A stretch of DNA of 64,000 nucleotides from the human T2T-CHM13v2.0 reference genome, Homo sapiens. The notes beneath the pieces are model-generated. The model was not told where the DNA came from. It ran no database searches and worked only from the letters and a program-made list of their open reading frames with translations. The stretch lies in the NCBI RefSeq assembly GCF_009914755.1, contig NC_060936.1. One strand, 5' to 3'. Shown piece after piece: positions 12,732 through 26,269 of this stretch. Both the position numbers and the translations under genes were made by a program. Within the stretch, counting starts at the first letter, position 1, and the number at the start of each line of letters is the position of its first letter.

Positions 12732-14230
12732 TACCCCCAAAAGGCCAGTGGTTAAGATAAACATGTTAAAACAAAAGTGAATTTATGACTTCATCTCACC
12801 CAGACCCTAGCTGGTCCTCCTCTGAAGTGGGAATAATATCTGCCCTGTCTAGCACAAAGTGCTGTTAGAAAGATCAATAGGATCATGTGGGTGAATGTGC
12901 TTTGAAAGCTGTGAAGTATTAAACAAATATGAGATGAGAGGGAAATCTATCCCACAGAGGATTATACTCCCACGTGTGGGCCTAGAGGCATTTCAAATAC
13001 TGTGTTGTGACTCAGGGCCCGTCCCAGCCCCAGTTTTGAAGTAGGCACCATTTATGGTCCTAACAACTTCCATGGTGTTTGAAATGCCTCCTGTACCCAT
13101 TGGGCAGCCTCTCTCCTCGCTCCTGCTGGCTCTCGCCTTCGAGCCGCCTGCAGGAAGGGAAACACTCACACAAGCCCACCTGCATTGGGTCTCCAGGGTC
13201 ATTGTTACTCAAGCGTAGTCCTCTCTCCTGGGGCCCCCACCCACCTCTCTAGCCTGGTCCCCAGCTCCTCCTCCCACCCCTGAAGAGCGAACCCTGTGCC
13301 CTGTGCCAGGCTCTGTGATGCTCAGACGTGCAGGGCCACACCAGATTACTCACTGTTCCCTGAACACACCCCACCCTTCCCAGCTGCTCCTGCTCTGCTC
13401 CAGGACTACAGGCCTTTCTTTCTTCACCATGCTCCCCCCAGGGAAAGCCTCCCCTCCTTTCTAGACCCTGTCCCCAAATGCACTCCACCAAGGCCCTGTT
13501 TGAAAGAAGGTCGCCTGCTCCCTGGCCTGTGCTGGCCTTGGGCGTTGTTGAGTCCTCCTGAGACGGCTCCTTCTGCTGCCCACTTTAGCACACGGACCCC
13601 ATCTTCCACAGGCCTGAGTCTCCATGGAGCCTAGCTCAGCACCTTGCCCACATGAGGTACACAATGAATGATGATCGCATTGAATTTTTATGAGACAGCT
13701 TTTTCAAAAAAGGCAAAAGTAAGGCTCTTTAAGGGTGGGGCTTCAGGCACAGTGGCTTCTGGGTGGGGGAGAGGAGTTTGGGGAGTGAATCTTTGCTCTT
13801 TAACACCCCCACTGCAGGGAGAGCCCTTTTTCCCCTAGATCCTGCCTTTTCTCAGCAGTCCTGAGGGAGCCTCAGGGAATGAATGACTGGGGCTGGAAGC
13901 TGCAGCTGGTCTTCAGGCCAAAAGCTGTAAAAGCCCAGACCCCTGAGGCCTTCTGTCTGGGGCAGGCCGCATGCAGGCTCCTGACTGCAGCCAAGAGCAC
14001 TGATCTCGCCCTTAAAAATCAACAGTCTCTAATCCACGTCGGGGTGGGGTTTCTTTTGCGTGTTATTCCAGCAATAATACGTAACTGGTCCAGAAACCGC
14101 CTCTGAGCCCTGGGCACAGTCTCACTGAGAGTTCCAGCCCTTGCCCCGAGCTGCAAACTGGGGCCTAAAGCTGCAGCACCGAGAGGCCACGTGGGGCGAG
14201 GCCTCCCCGGAAGGCCTGCGGCGCCGCCGT

Positions 14231-14249
14231 TGTCCACCAGGGGGCGCCA
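14231..14249 (+). promoter_or_regulatory. CTCF binding motif
   Basis: TGTCCACCAGGGGGCGCCA versus consensus TGGCCACCAGGGGGCGCTA; the core CCACCAGGGGGCGC is exact. Confidence 0.85.
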
Positions 14250-14469
14250 GGAAACGGCGCGGCGAGGCCCCAGCTCAACCCGCCGGCGCGGGCACACCCG
14301 GGCTTTGACCCCTTTGTGATCGAGGACACGGACGGGTTTCTCTCCAACAAAAGGGGGCCATAAATTACAAACGGAAGCAGAGTGTGTAGGGAAGAACAGG
14401 AAAGCACGTGCGTTGAAACCGGAACTCGGGCCTGCTTGCTTGCTTATTTATTTTAGTTATTACTGTTTT

Positions 14470-14617
14470 CTTGGGGCAGGCCCTTGCTCTGTCGCCCAGG
14501 CTGCGGGGTGGTGGCCCCGTCATAGCTCACTGCAGCCTCGACCTCGGGGCTCAAGCGACCCTCCTGCTTCAGTCTCCCAAAGTGCCGGGGCTGCAGGCGC
14601 GAGCCGCCACCCCGGCC
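14470..14617 (-). mobile_element. Old Alu monomer (FLAM/AluJ-like), GC-shifted
   Basis: ttgctctgtcgcccaggctg...catagctcactgcagcctcgacc...ctcccaaagtgccgggg...cccggcc. Confidence 0.75.
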
Positions 14618-15039
14618 TCCGTGCTCTTTCTCAGGGAGCATTTTCCACCTCCCCTGCAAGAGGCCGTTTTGTCAGTGGCTTTCAGAAAAGACTGTTGTCA
14701 TCTCGGGGTTCAGAGTTAATCGTGGATTTACCTACCACACAGAAATTTCCAAAGAATCGATCTGCTCCCTCTCAATATCCACCCTAAACAAGAGCACTTT
14801 CCCAATCAGCGCCTTGTCCTGGGGCTTCCAGACCCATCTGGCCTTTTGCTCTTTGCTCTATGCCCACTTTAGCTGTGAGGTTCTCAGAGACATTCCCCAA
14901 AGCCCTCCCAGCCGATCTCTGCTGACTTCAATCCTACTCATCCCTCAGGGGCTAACAAAATTGCTAAAATTTAAACAGTAATAATTAAATAATGATATTG
15001 CTGTATGTCAGGCATGACTCCACAAAGCAGGTATTAATA

Positions 15040-15370
15040 CAGATGGTCCCCAGCTTTCGCACCATCGTAAGTGATACACTTTACAAACTGTCCTTCGAGT
15101 AGCCATACAACCACTCTCTTTTTCACTTTCAGTACATTATTCAATAAATTACACAAGATATTCAATAGTCTCTTATAAAGTAGGCTTTGTGTTAGATGAT
15201 GTTGCCCAGCAGTAGGCTGGTGTAAGTGGGCTGAGCACGCTGAAGTTAAGCTAGGCTAAACTATGAAGTTCAGTAGGCTAAGTGTATTATTAAATGCATT
15301 TTGACTTACAATATTTTCAACTTACTATGGGTTTATCAGAATGTAGCTCTATCATAAGTTGAGAAGCAAC
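15040..15370 (-). mobile_element. MER47-type (Tigger) DNA transposon
   Basis: TA|CAGATG terminus; internal ttcaataaattac...aggctttgtgttagatgat...atattttcaacttac matches my recollection of MER47A. Confidence 0.7.
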
Positions 15371-15379
15371 ACTAGTCTC

Positions 15380-15494
15380 ATATATATATATACATATATA
15401 TGTATATATATATATACATATATATATGTATATATATATATACATATATATGTATATATATATATACATATATATATGTATATATATATATATA
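15380..15494. repeat. (TA)n-type microsatellite with CA/TG interruptions
   Basis: Seen directly. Confidence 0.95.
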
Positions 15495-15495
15495 A

Positions 15496-15600
<105 letters not shown>

Positions 15601-15919
15601 TGAAGAAGTTGAGGCTCAAAGAGGTCAAATGCCCAAAGTCACCAGATACTGAGGGATGGCCCCAGTGTCTAAATCCTAAGCCTGCGTTTTTCTCCTATAT
15701 GCCAGTGGTTCTCCATGTGTGCTCCTTGAAGTAGCAGCAGCAACATCACCTGAAAACTCACTAGAAATGAAAAATTTTTAAATTTTTGTAGAGATGGGGT
15801 CTCACCATGTCGGCCAGGCTAAGTCTCAAACTCCTGAGTTCAAGCGATTCTCCCACCTCAGCCTCCCAAACTGTTGGGATTACAGGCGTGAGCCACTGCA
15901 CCAGGCCCCGAGATCACCC

Positions 15920-16668
<749 letters not shown>

Positions 16669-16714
16669 GAGAGCACCCATTTTTTAAGTATTAGAGCTGG
16701 CCTTTGAACCCAGC

Positions 16715-18218
16715 CAGGCTCTGGATTCTGTGTCCTTAACTGCTACAGCCCTGGAAGCATAGGCTGTGTAAGTCCCTCAACAATGGGGACCAGTCTAAAA
16801 TATTTATAGGTAGCATATCTAGATCATTCCAGAGAGGAGTGAATGGATCCAAACTGTCTTTTGAACCAGCAGCCAGAGGCCCCAGCAGCTCCTGTCTTCC
16901 CAGCCCAGTGCTGCCAGCTGCTGCTGCTCATGAGTCTGTAAGGGTCTAGTGCTTTTATTCCCAGATCCTTTTCATGTCCTCACTCAGAAGCACTGAGAGC
17001 CTCTCGTTTTTGCTGAACCTTAGATTTTGTGATGGAGCCTAAATCCAGACAGGAAACCTAAACACGGGTAAGTGGAAAGGACTTTCAGAACAATTAATCA
17101 TGAAGCAAAATGTCAACATTCCACATAAGGGTGTATATGAGTTTTGTATGTCCCCACTAGATTATACATTTCCAAAAGGTAAGAGTTATTTCCTCGGGAT
17201 TTCAGGCAATTAGAATAAGAAGCACTGAGAGCTGAGCCTGCAGTCTCTGGCTATCGTCCAGGTGAGACCTCATGAAGTAGATCAGATCTGACAGTGAGAT
17301 GGGAGAAAGGGAAGGTGGTGAATTTCCCACCCCACCCAGCCCTGCAGACAGCCTGCCAAGATTCCTACTGAGTTCAATGCAACAAACCTGTTTCCAGCTC
17401 CTAGCACGAGCTAGGCATCTAGGATACAACGAAGATCCCTGCCTTCCCGAAGCCCCTGTGAAAGAAAACTAGACTCTTGAGACCCCCAAATTCACCATGA
17501 TGAAGAGAAAGTTAAGCTTGGACATGGAGTCACACAAAACAAAACAAAAACAAAACAAAACAAACAAAACAAAACAAAACAACTGCCTTCCTTGTGTTCC
17601 CAAACGGCAGTCATTTCACATGCTTACTTTATCTTACATAAAATGCGGATTCACCGAGCCCAGGACAAATACATAATTGATCCGCCCCCACTCCCTCTTG
17701 TCACATGTAAAATGTAGATTCATCGAGCACTATCAGAGCCTCACAAGAATGTGCCCCGAGCCTCACTGCCTACCCAACCTCCTTTTAAAAAAGCTTCCCC
17801 TCTTGCTTTGCTCTTTCCCTTTAAATATTGAAATTCCCAAAATCCTCTTTGGAAAAAGCATAGGTCACAGATCCTATGGTGTTTCTTTTCTCTGAGTTCA
17901 CCCTCAACCTTGGCAAAACAAATCTCTCCTCAATGGAGATCTGTCTCAGTCACGTTTCGGTTTACATCCTATTCTCCTAATCCCCTAAAATGACAAAGCT
18001 TAGCAGAGAATAAGAGAATAAGCACTGGGCTGGGAAGACAGGAGCTGCTGGGGCCTCTGGCTGCTGGTTCAAAAGACGGTTTGGATCCATTCACTCCTCT
18101 CTGGAATGATCTAGATATGCTACCTATAAATATTTTAGACTGGTCCCCATTGTTGAGGGACTTACACAGCCTATGCTTCCAGGGCTGTAGCAGTTAAGGA
18201 CACAGAATCCAGAGCCTG
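16715..18218. repeat. 198-bp inverted repeat (arms 16715-16912 and 18021-18218), 1108-bp spacer
   Basis: The arms are reverse complements with one mismatch (16855 T / 18078 G) and no indels. Confidence 0.97.
17457..17966 (+). mobile_element. MER4-group ERV1 solo LTR with internal (AAAAC)n
   Basis: TGTGAAAGAAAA...GACCCCCAAATTCAC start and TTTCGGTTTACA end; subfamily uncertain. Confidence 0.7.
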
Positions 18219-18359
18219 TATAAAGTGTATAAAGGGGGAAGCCAGGAGATAGAGAGCTTATCCATCCCTCCCCAGTGGAAAAGCTTCATGGGAACAAGGG
18301 GGCGCCTCACCTGGAGTGCTGAATGAATGAAGGAGTGAATGAATGATGCATTTGTCAGC

Positions 18360-18648
18360 AGTGCATGGTGGCTCACACCTGTAATCCCAGCACTTTGGGA
18401 GGCCGAGGCAGGTGGATCACTTGAGGTCAGGAGTTTGAGATGAGCCTGGGCAAAATGGTGAAACCCCATCTCTACTAAAAATACAAAAATTAGCCAGATG
18501 TGGTGGTGCACGCCTATAATTCCAGCTACTCGGGAGGCTGAGGCAGGAGAATCACTTGAACCTGGAGGCAAAGGTTGCAGGGAGACAAGATCACACCACT
18601 GCACTCCAGCCTGCATGACAGAGAGAGACCCTGTCTCAAAAAAAAAAA
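18360..18648 (+). mobile_element. Alu (AluS-like)
   Basis: Dimeric Alu with A/(AT) tail. Confidence 0.93.
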
Positions 18649-18833
18649 ATATATATATATATATCCATTTGTCATTCACTGCATTCAGAAGAGACTTCAA
18701 AGGCAGGACCAGGGTGAGCTGAACTCCATGAACCTCTTCTGTGGCACCTTCTGGGGGTGCCTGCCAATGGCTATAGTATACAAACACCTCGACTGCGCTG
18801 CTGACTCCCCTCCATATGCCACGGCAGCCACAA

Positions 18834-19262
18834 TGTGTTTTCTGTGTGTGTGTGTCTGTGTGTATGCGTGTGTGTCTGTGTGTATGCATGTGTGTCTGTG
18901 TGTGCATGAGTGTCTGTGTGAATGTGTCTATGCATGTGTCTGTGTGTCTGTGTGTGTGTCTGTATGTTTGTGTGTGTGTGCCTGTGTGTCTGTGTGTATT
19001 CATGTGTGTTTGTGTGTATGTGTGTGTCCATGTCTCTGTGCATATGTCTGTGTGAATGTGTGTGTTCATGTCTTGTGTATGTGTCTGTGTGTGTCTGTGT
19101 CTGTGTGTGCGTGTCTCTGTGCCTCTGTGTGTGTGTGCATGTGTCTCTGTGTGTCTGTGTCTGTGTGTGCGTGTCTCTGTGCCTCTGTGTGTGTGTGCAT
19201 GTGTCTCTGTGTGTGTGTGTGTGTCTGTGTGTGTGTCTGTCTCTGTGTGCGTGTGTGTGTCT
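18834..19262. repeat. Degenerate (TG)n tract, ~430 bp, with an internal 60-bp duplication
   Basis: Seen directly; 19081-19140 is almost identical to 19141-19200. Confidence 0.95.
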
Positions 19263-20280
19263 ATTGTCCCTGAGCTCAGCAGTATCCTGGGTCCTGGCCA
19301 TAGACCTGTAGATGAGACAGGCTACAGACAAGGCAGGGATACTGGTGCATTATCTGGAGGGAGCTCGGGGGGCCCAGGAGGTCAAGATAGAGAAGTCCCT
19401 GAGCACTGAGTCTGGGGATCAAAGCCGCTCCTGATTGGTGGGCCAGCCTGAATCTGCTGCGCCTGCCAGCTTCAGCCAATCCAAGGAGGCCTGGGCCTGG
19501 AACCAGCCTGCCTGGATTGCCTGGCCCTAGGACTCATGCCTTTTCCCTGCCAGCAAAGCAGGTCCAGCCTGGATCCTCATACCGGGGCTCTCCTGTCCTT
19601 CCTCAGGATTCGAAATGGGGCCAGTCACACATTCTCCCAGCCCTGACACCTGAACCTGAGCAGCAGCTCTGTGAAGGGGGCCAGGGTCTGCTCTGGGGAG
19701 AAGGTAAGCAGGGGAGGGCCGGCAAGTGGGTGCAGGGATCTGATCCCACTGCTGACCATCCAACTCACGCAGCTTCGGTGCTTCCCAGCTCACTCGTCTG
19801 TAGAAAGAGGAGACACCCCTTCCTCCTCGTGGTGAGAAGCTAGTATCTGGTGAAATAGGTGAGCTGCTGCCAAACTCAGCAAAACCCTCAGCAAAAGTCA
19901 ATGTAAGTCCCAGGCGATGTCTAACTCAGCCCCAAGGTGTCCTGAGAACCAGATTCTCCGCGGACGCTGAACACACAAAAAGCCCAGCCCTGGAGGGATT
20001 CCAATCCACAGCCTCTCCCTGGCTCCCTGCACTGACCCCATGTGCGGCCAGGCTCCCTGTGCATCCCCCTTCACTTCTCACAGAGGCCCTGTGAGGGGAA
20101 ACAGGCTCCAGAGAGGACAGAACTTACCCAAAGTCACACGGCTAGGAGATCAGAGGCAAGATTTGAACCCGGGTCTGTCCTCACCACTGTGTTCCTCCTC
20201 CCGCAGCTCTTAGGCCAGAGTCCTGGGGAATCCTTTCCTCCAGTGCCTAACACAGAATTTGGCTGGGAGCGTGTGCTCAG

Positions 20281-21268
20281 GAGTGAATGAATGAATGGAC
20301 GCAGGCAGGCAGGCATGCTAGTGTGAATGAATGAATGGACGCAGGCAGGCAGGCATGCTAGAGTGAATGAATGAATGGATGCAGGCAGGCAGGCATGCTA
20401 GAGTGAATGAATGAATGGGCGCAGGCAGGCAGGCATGCTAGAGTGAATGAATGAATGGACGCAGGCAGGCATGCTAGAGTGAATGAATGAATGGACGCAG
20501 GCAGGCAGGCATGCTAGTGTGAATGAATGAATGGGCACAGGCAGGCAGGCATGCTAGAGTGAATGAATGAATGGACGCAGGCAGGCAGGCATGCTAGAGT
20601 GAATGAATGAATGGACGCAGGCAGGCAGGCATGCTAGAGTGAATGAATGAATGGGCGCAGGCAGGCAGGCATGCTAGAGTGAATGAATGAATGGGCGCAG
20701 GCAGGCAGGCATGCTAGAGTGAATGAATGAATGGACGCAGGCAGGCATGCTAGAGTGAATGAATGAATGGACGCAGGCAGGCATGCTAGAGTGAATGAAT
20801 GAATGGACGCAGGCAGGCAGGCATGCTAGTGTGAATGAATGAATGGACGCAGGCAGGCAGGCATGCTGGTGTGAATGAATGAATGGGCGCAGGCAGGCAG
20901 GCATGCTAGTGTGAATGAATGAATGGGCGCAGGCAGGCAGGCATGCTAGAGTGAATGAATGAATGGACGCAGGCAGGCAGGCATGCTAGAGTGAATGAAT
21001 GAATGGGCGCAGGCAGGCAGGCATGCTAGAGTGAATGAATGAATGGGCGCAGGCAGGCAGGCATGCTAGAGTGAATGAATGAATGGGCGCAGGCAGGCAG
21101 GCATGCTAGAGTGAATGAATGAATGGGCGCAGGCAGGCAGGCATGCTAGTGTGAATGAATGAATGGGCGCAGGCAGGCAGGCATGCTAGTGTGAATGAAT
21201 GAATGGGTGCAGGCAGGCAGGCATGCTAGTGTGAATGAATGAATGGGCGCAGGCAGGCAGGCATGCTA
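20281..21268. repeat. Minisatellite (VNTR), 25 units of 40 bp (three units are 36 bp)
   Basis: Unit GAGTGAATGAATGAATGGACGCAGGCAGGCAGGCATGCTA; 22x40 + 3x36 = 988 bp. Confidence 0.98.
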
Positions 21269-22265
21269 GTCCTGCCTTTAGCGCTGGCCCAGATTCAGGC
21301 TAGAAGTGCCCTTTCCACAGCTCAGGGCGATGCCCCAGGGCAGCCAGGCAAGTGTCAGGTCCCTGCTGTGCCTTCACCCTCTTTCTAAAAATACTAACGA
21401 GCGAGAGACCTCCAAGGCCACCAAACAGATATCCAGTTGTTCTCTGGGGTCAGTCCTTCACAGCCTGAGGCTGCCACCTGGCACCTGCCGCCTCTGGGCC
21501 TCCCGCCTGACAGCTGACCCCTGTCATCGCTGTGACTGTTCACTGTAAGGCAAAGTCCAGTTTGGCAGAGGTGGGGACTCCTGAGCAGCCAGGTCCAGCT
21601 TGGCCCAGCCTTGCCCATGCTGAATTGTGGGATACCAGGACAGCTTGGGGGTCTCCAACCCTGAGCCCAACCAAAGCAAACCCTTCTTTTTTGCTGGGGC
21701 TCTATTTCCACAGCCATGAAATGGAGGCGGTCAACCCCTGCAAAGCCTCAAAGTGTGAGTGGCAGCCTGGCTTGAGGACGCGGACACTTAGAACCAGGAC
21801 AGCGGAGTCGAGACCTGGCCCTGCCCCTTCATAGCTGCATGGCTTGGGAGCTCTCTCAGTCACCTACTAAAAATGGGGATCGTAAGATTACAGAACAGTG
21901 ATAGCATTAACCTATTTTTAAGGATCTATATTTATATACTTAGATCAATCTGATAGGGTGCAGACTAAAATATTAAGCATCGTCTTGAGGCGATAGGATA
22001 TCAGATATTATTTTCTTTTTTTGCTTTATCTGTATTTTCTAATTTTTCTTCAATGAACATTTGGAGTAAAAAAAAAACCCAAAATGTTAAAGCAACAACC
22101 AGATAATTAGTACTTAAGTATTTGTCCTGACTTACAGGACAGTTTGAGAATGATGTTTATGAAAGTGGTTTACAAACTGTAAAGTTCTTTGCAAATGTAA
22201 ATGGTCCTTATCATTTTCTCCAAGGGCATTTTGGAACTACAGGGATGGGGAGAGAATCGTTTCCT

Positions 22266-23572
<1,307 letters not shown>

Positions 23573-23605
23573 TCACGCTGTGTTGCACCCTGGCCTGCTC
23601 TGCGG

Positions 23606-23616
23606 ATGAGTCAGCA
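23606..23616 (-). promoter_or_regulatory. NF-E2/NRF2/BACH1 (CNC-sMaf) element
   Basis: The minus strand reads TGCTGACTCAT, an exact match to TGCTGASTCAY. Confidence 0.55.
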
Positions 23617-26132
23617 GCATCGATTAAGCACCCACTGTGTGCAATGTCCTGAACTCTGTGCTGAGATGATAGCTCTGTTTGCTTTCCAGCCAATCAGCAA
23701 ATATTTATTGAGCATCTGTCTATTTGGGGCAAGTCAGAGTACAGAGGGCATGGCTTAGAAAGGAATAGCTCAGACGGAGTTTGTGATTAATTACGGGAAT
23801 GGGTGCCAAGTGAGAGATACAAAGGGTGGAAGAGCAGGAGCGCCTCCATCCAGGGGCGTGGAGGAGGCTCTGTGGATCTCAGGGCCATCTCAGCTGGCTC
23901 CAGACAGACAAGAAGACTCCTTCAGTGTTCTTCTGGTAATCACAGAAGCTCTGCGCTGGGAACCAGTACCCTAACAGAGGAGACTGGTAAAAGGTTTCCA
24001 GATGAGCATTAATGTAACCCACAGTAATTTGCATGGCCCAGTAAAAAGGAACATATGGGGCCCCTCGTTCAAGTTGATTAAGGGTGAGCCTCAGGAATGA
24101 AGTCTAAAACAGGAAAAAAGAAAAAAAAGACTCGGAATTTCAAGATGGCAAAAGCAGAGAATTAGACCAAATGCAGGACCCTTCTCAGCACAGGGCCCTC
24201 CTGAGCAGATCCTGGGAAGCTGGCCCAGCCTACCTGGAAGAGCAGGAGATAAGAACTTGGGATTTCTGGTGACCAGGAGGATCACAGGCCTTGGGAAAGC
24301 CAGTGGCTGCTTCATTATTTCCATCCCGGGTCAAGTTCGGCCTCCAGAAGGTGAGATGGCCCAGCCAGATCTGGCTCTGTCCTTAGCCCTTCCCTCTGGT
24401 GGCCTGCCACTCTCAGATGATGGTGTCAACAAGACCAGAGGCTGCTGGCTCTTTTCTCAAAAGCCAGGACCAGGGAACAGCGCAAAATACAAAGGCCAAC
24501 GCCTTCACTGGAGGAAGGGGTGGGAGCTGCTTCTCCCTGGGCAGCGCACGCCCACTCAAAGGCATCCAACCTCAAAGTGCATAAGCTCCCATCCGCCCAC
24601 AGGGCATGCGTTTCGGCCCTATGTCCAACCTTCCCGTTTTACAAATCAGGACACAGAACCATCGGGGCAAGGGACCTCTCCAAGGCAACAGAACTGGGCA
24701 GTGCTGAAACTGGGACAAAGGCTTCTGTGACTCCCACCAGGGTCCTTTCCCCAACAGCCAGGTGCCTTTCTGTGCCCTCTGACTGGATCGTAGGGATCCA
24801 GGTGTGGGGATCCCTCTGCAGTGACCTTCACCTTCGGGGCCCTGCTCCCATGAGAATCACTGTTGCCCACGGGGGACGCCATTCACTGGGCTCTGGTGTT
24901 GTGGAATGGAGTTGAAGTTTGGATGGAAGAGCTCACTGTCCCCTCTGCAGGCCTTTAACCCTTAGTGTGAGCAGATGGTAGAACCCCTGCCAGTGCCAAG
25001 AGGGGTTCATACCAATATCTGGGATAAACAAGGCCAAAGGGAAAGCGTAGGCTCCCCAAGCACAGTTTCTTTTCTTGCTACTAAACACCTGTGGGAGGAG
25101 GAGGCTCAGCCCTTCCTGTGGAGCATCTCTGCCAGGGTTCAATAGTATTGGACTAGAGTCCTGATCTGGGTCAACAAAAAGACTAGGGGACCAGGAGGCA
25201 AGAGTCAGCTCACCAGGACGGGCTGCAAACGGGGAGGTCTGCATCCAGGGTGAAGCTGCCCCTCCACAGGAAGCAGGCCCAGGAACCCCTGGCAATGCAG
25301 ACAGGCTGAACCCACAGCACAGCCCCCATGGCGGGAGCAACTCCCGGTCAAGCGGCGGCAGGAAGTGCCCCAAAGGTGTCCACTTTTATTGTGCAGGACA
25401 GAATGTCTGCACATGCACCATCTTACAGAATTTGCACAGCTGCCTAAGGACAGAAGCTGAGGCTGCATTGTAAGGACACGCAAAGGGAGCCCCAGAGGAC
25501 TGAAGTCCCTTTCTTAGGGCTCCTCAGGCTCTCTGACCAGTGAAGTTCTACAGCTGGGAGGGGAGCTGGGCTTTCCTAGTCTTGGCCCGATGCTTGTGGT
25601 CTGGCCTCTGACCACTCTCCATCTCACCCTGCCCAGCACTGAGCCATTCTTCCCTGCCCCGGGGCCTCTGTGCAGGTGGGGGATGGGGGTGGCCAGGGAC
25701 CCTGCACCTCACAGGCAGGTCACCAGGATTTCTAGAGCAGATTGAACACCCCATCCCCCGTGTTTGAAATGCCCTCTGGGCCCTTCCTCGCCGTCCACCC
25801 AGGAAGCTCTTCCTTCCATTAAGCTGGTTATTTCCACCACAGGGCCTTGGTGACACCTCTCACCTGATCACTATCCGTTCTCTCACTGGACGGTGAACTC
25901 CTTCAGGGTAGGAGCCGTAGTATGAGGCTGGCACTTACTGATAACTAGTAGTTGTTTTATCCATGAAGGGAGGGGACGACCTACACAGGCCTACACTTTA
26001 GACATGACACGACAGCCAACATAGTCCCCAGACCAGTGTATCATCCTTCCACTATGTAAACACAGATAGGTTTCCCCTTGAAAAAAATTCCCACTATGTG
26101 AAAAGCCAAATCAATTTACAAGACAGCAAAAT

Positions 26133-26240
26133 GGCGGAAGGAAGGGAAGGGACGGAAGGGACGGAAGGGAGGGAAGGGACGGAAGGGACGGAAGGGACGG
26201 AGGGGACGGAAGGGACAGAAGGGAGGGAAGGGAGGAGGAG
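26133..26240. repeat. Purine-rich (GGAAGGGAC)n repeat
   Basis: Seen directly. Confidence 0.93.
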
Positions 26241-26269
26241 ACATCTTGCAAATGGACTCCCCGCAGACT

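Larger units (their letters stand above)
14150..14640. promoter_or_regulatory. Small CpG island with CTCF motif
   Basis: CpG-dense sequence (gcggcgccgccg, cggcgcggcg) surrounding the motif below. Confidence 0.7.

Noticed and set aside
16715-18218. Inverted repeat as terminal inverted repeats of a DNA transposon
   Set aside because: No TSD outside the arms, no transposase remnant, and the left arm is continuous with older flanking sequence.
18194-19409. Long Cys/Val and His/Thr-rich ORFs (up to 291 aa)
   Set aside because: Translations of the TG tract and an adjacent Alu.
20281-21268. Regular repeats resembling a CRISPR array (also 28645-28832 and 46727-47078)
   Set aside because: Units are head-to-tail with no unique spacers, there are no cas genes, and the DNA is human.
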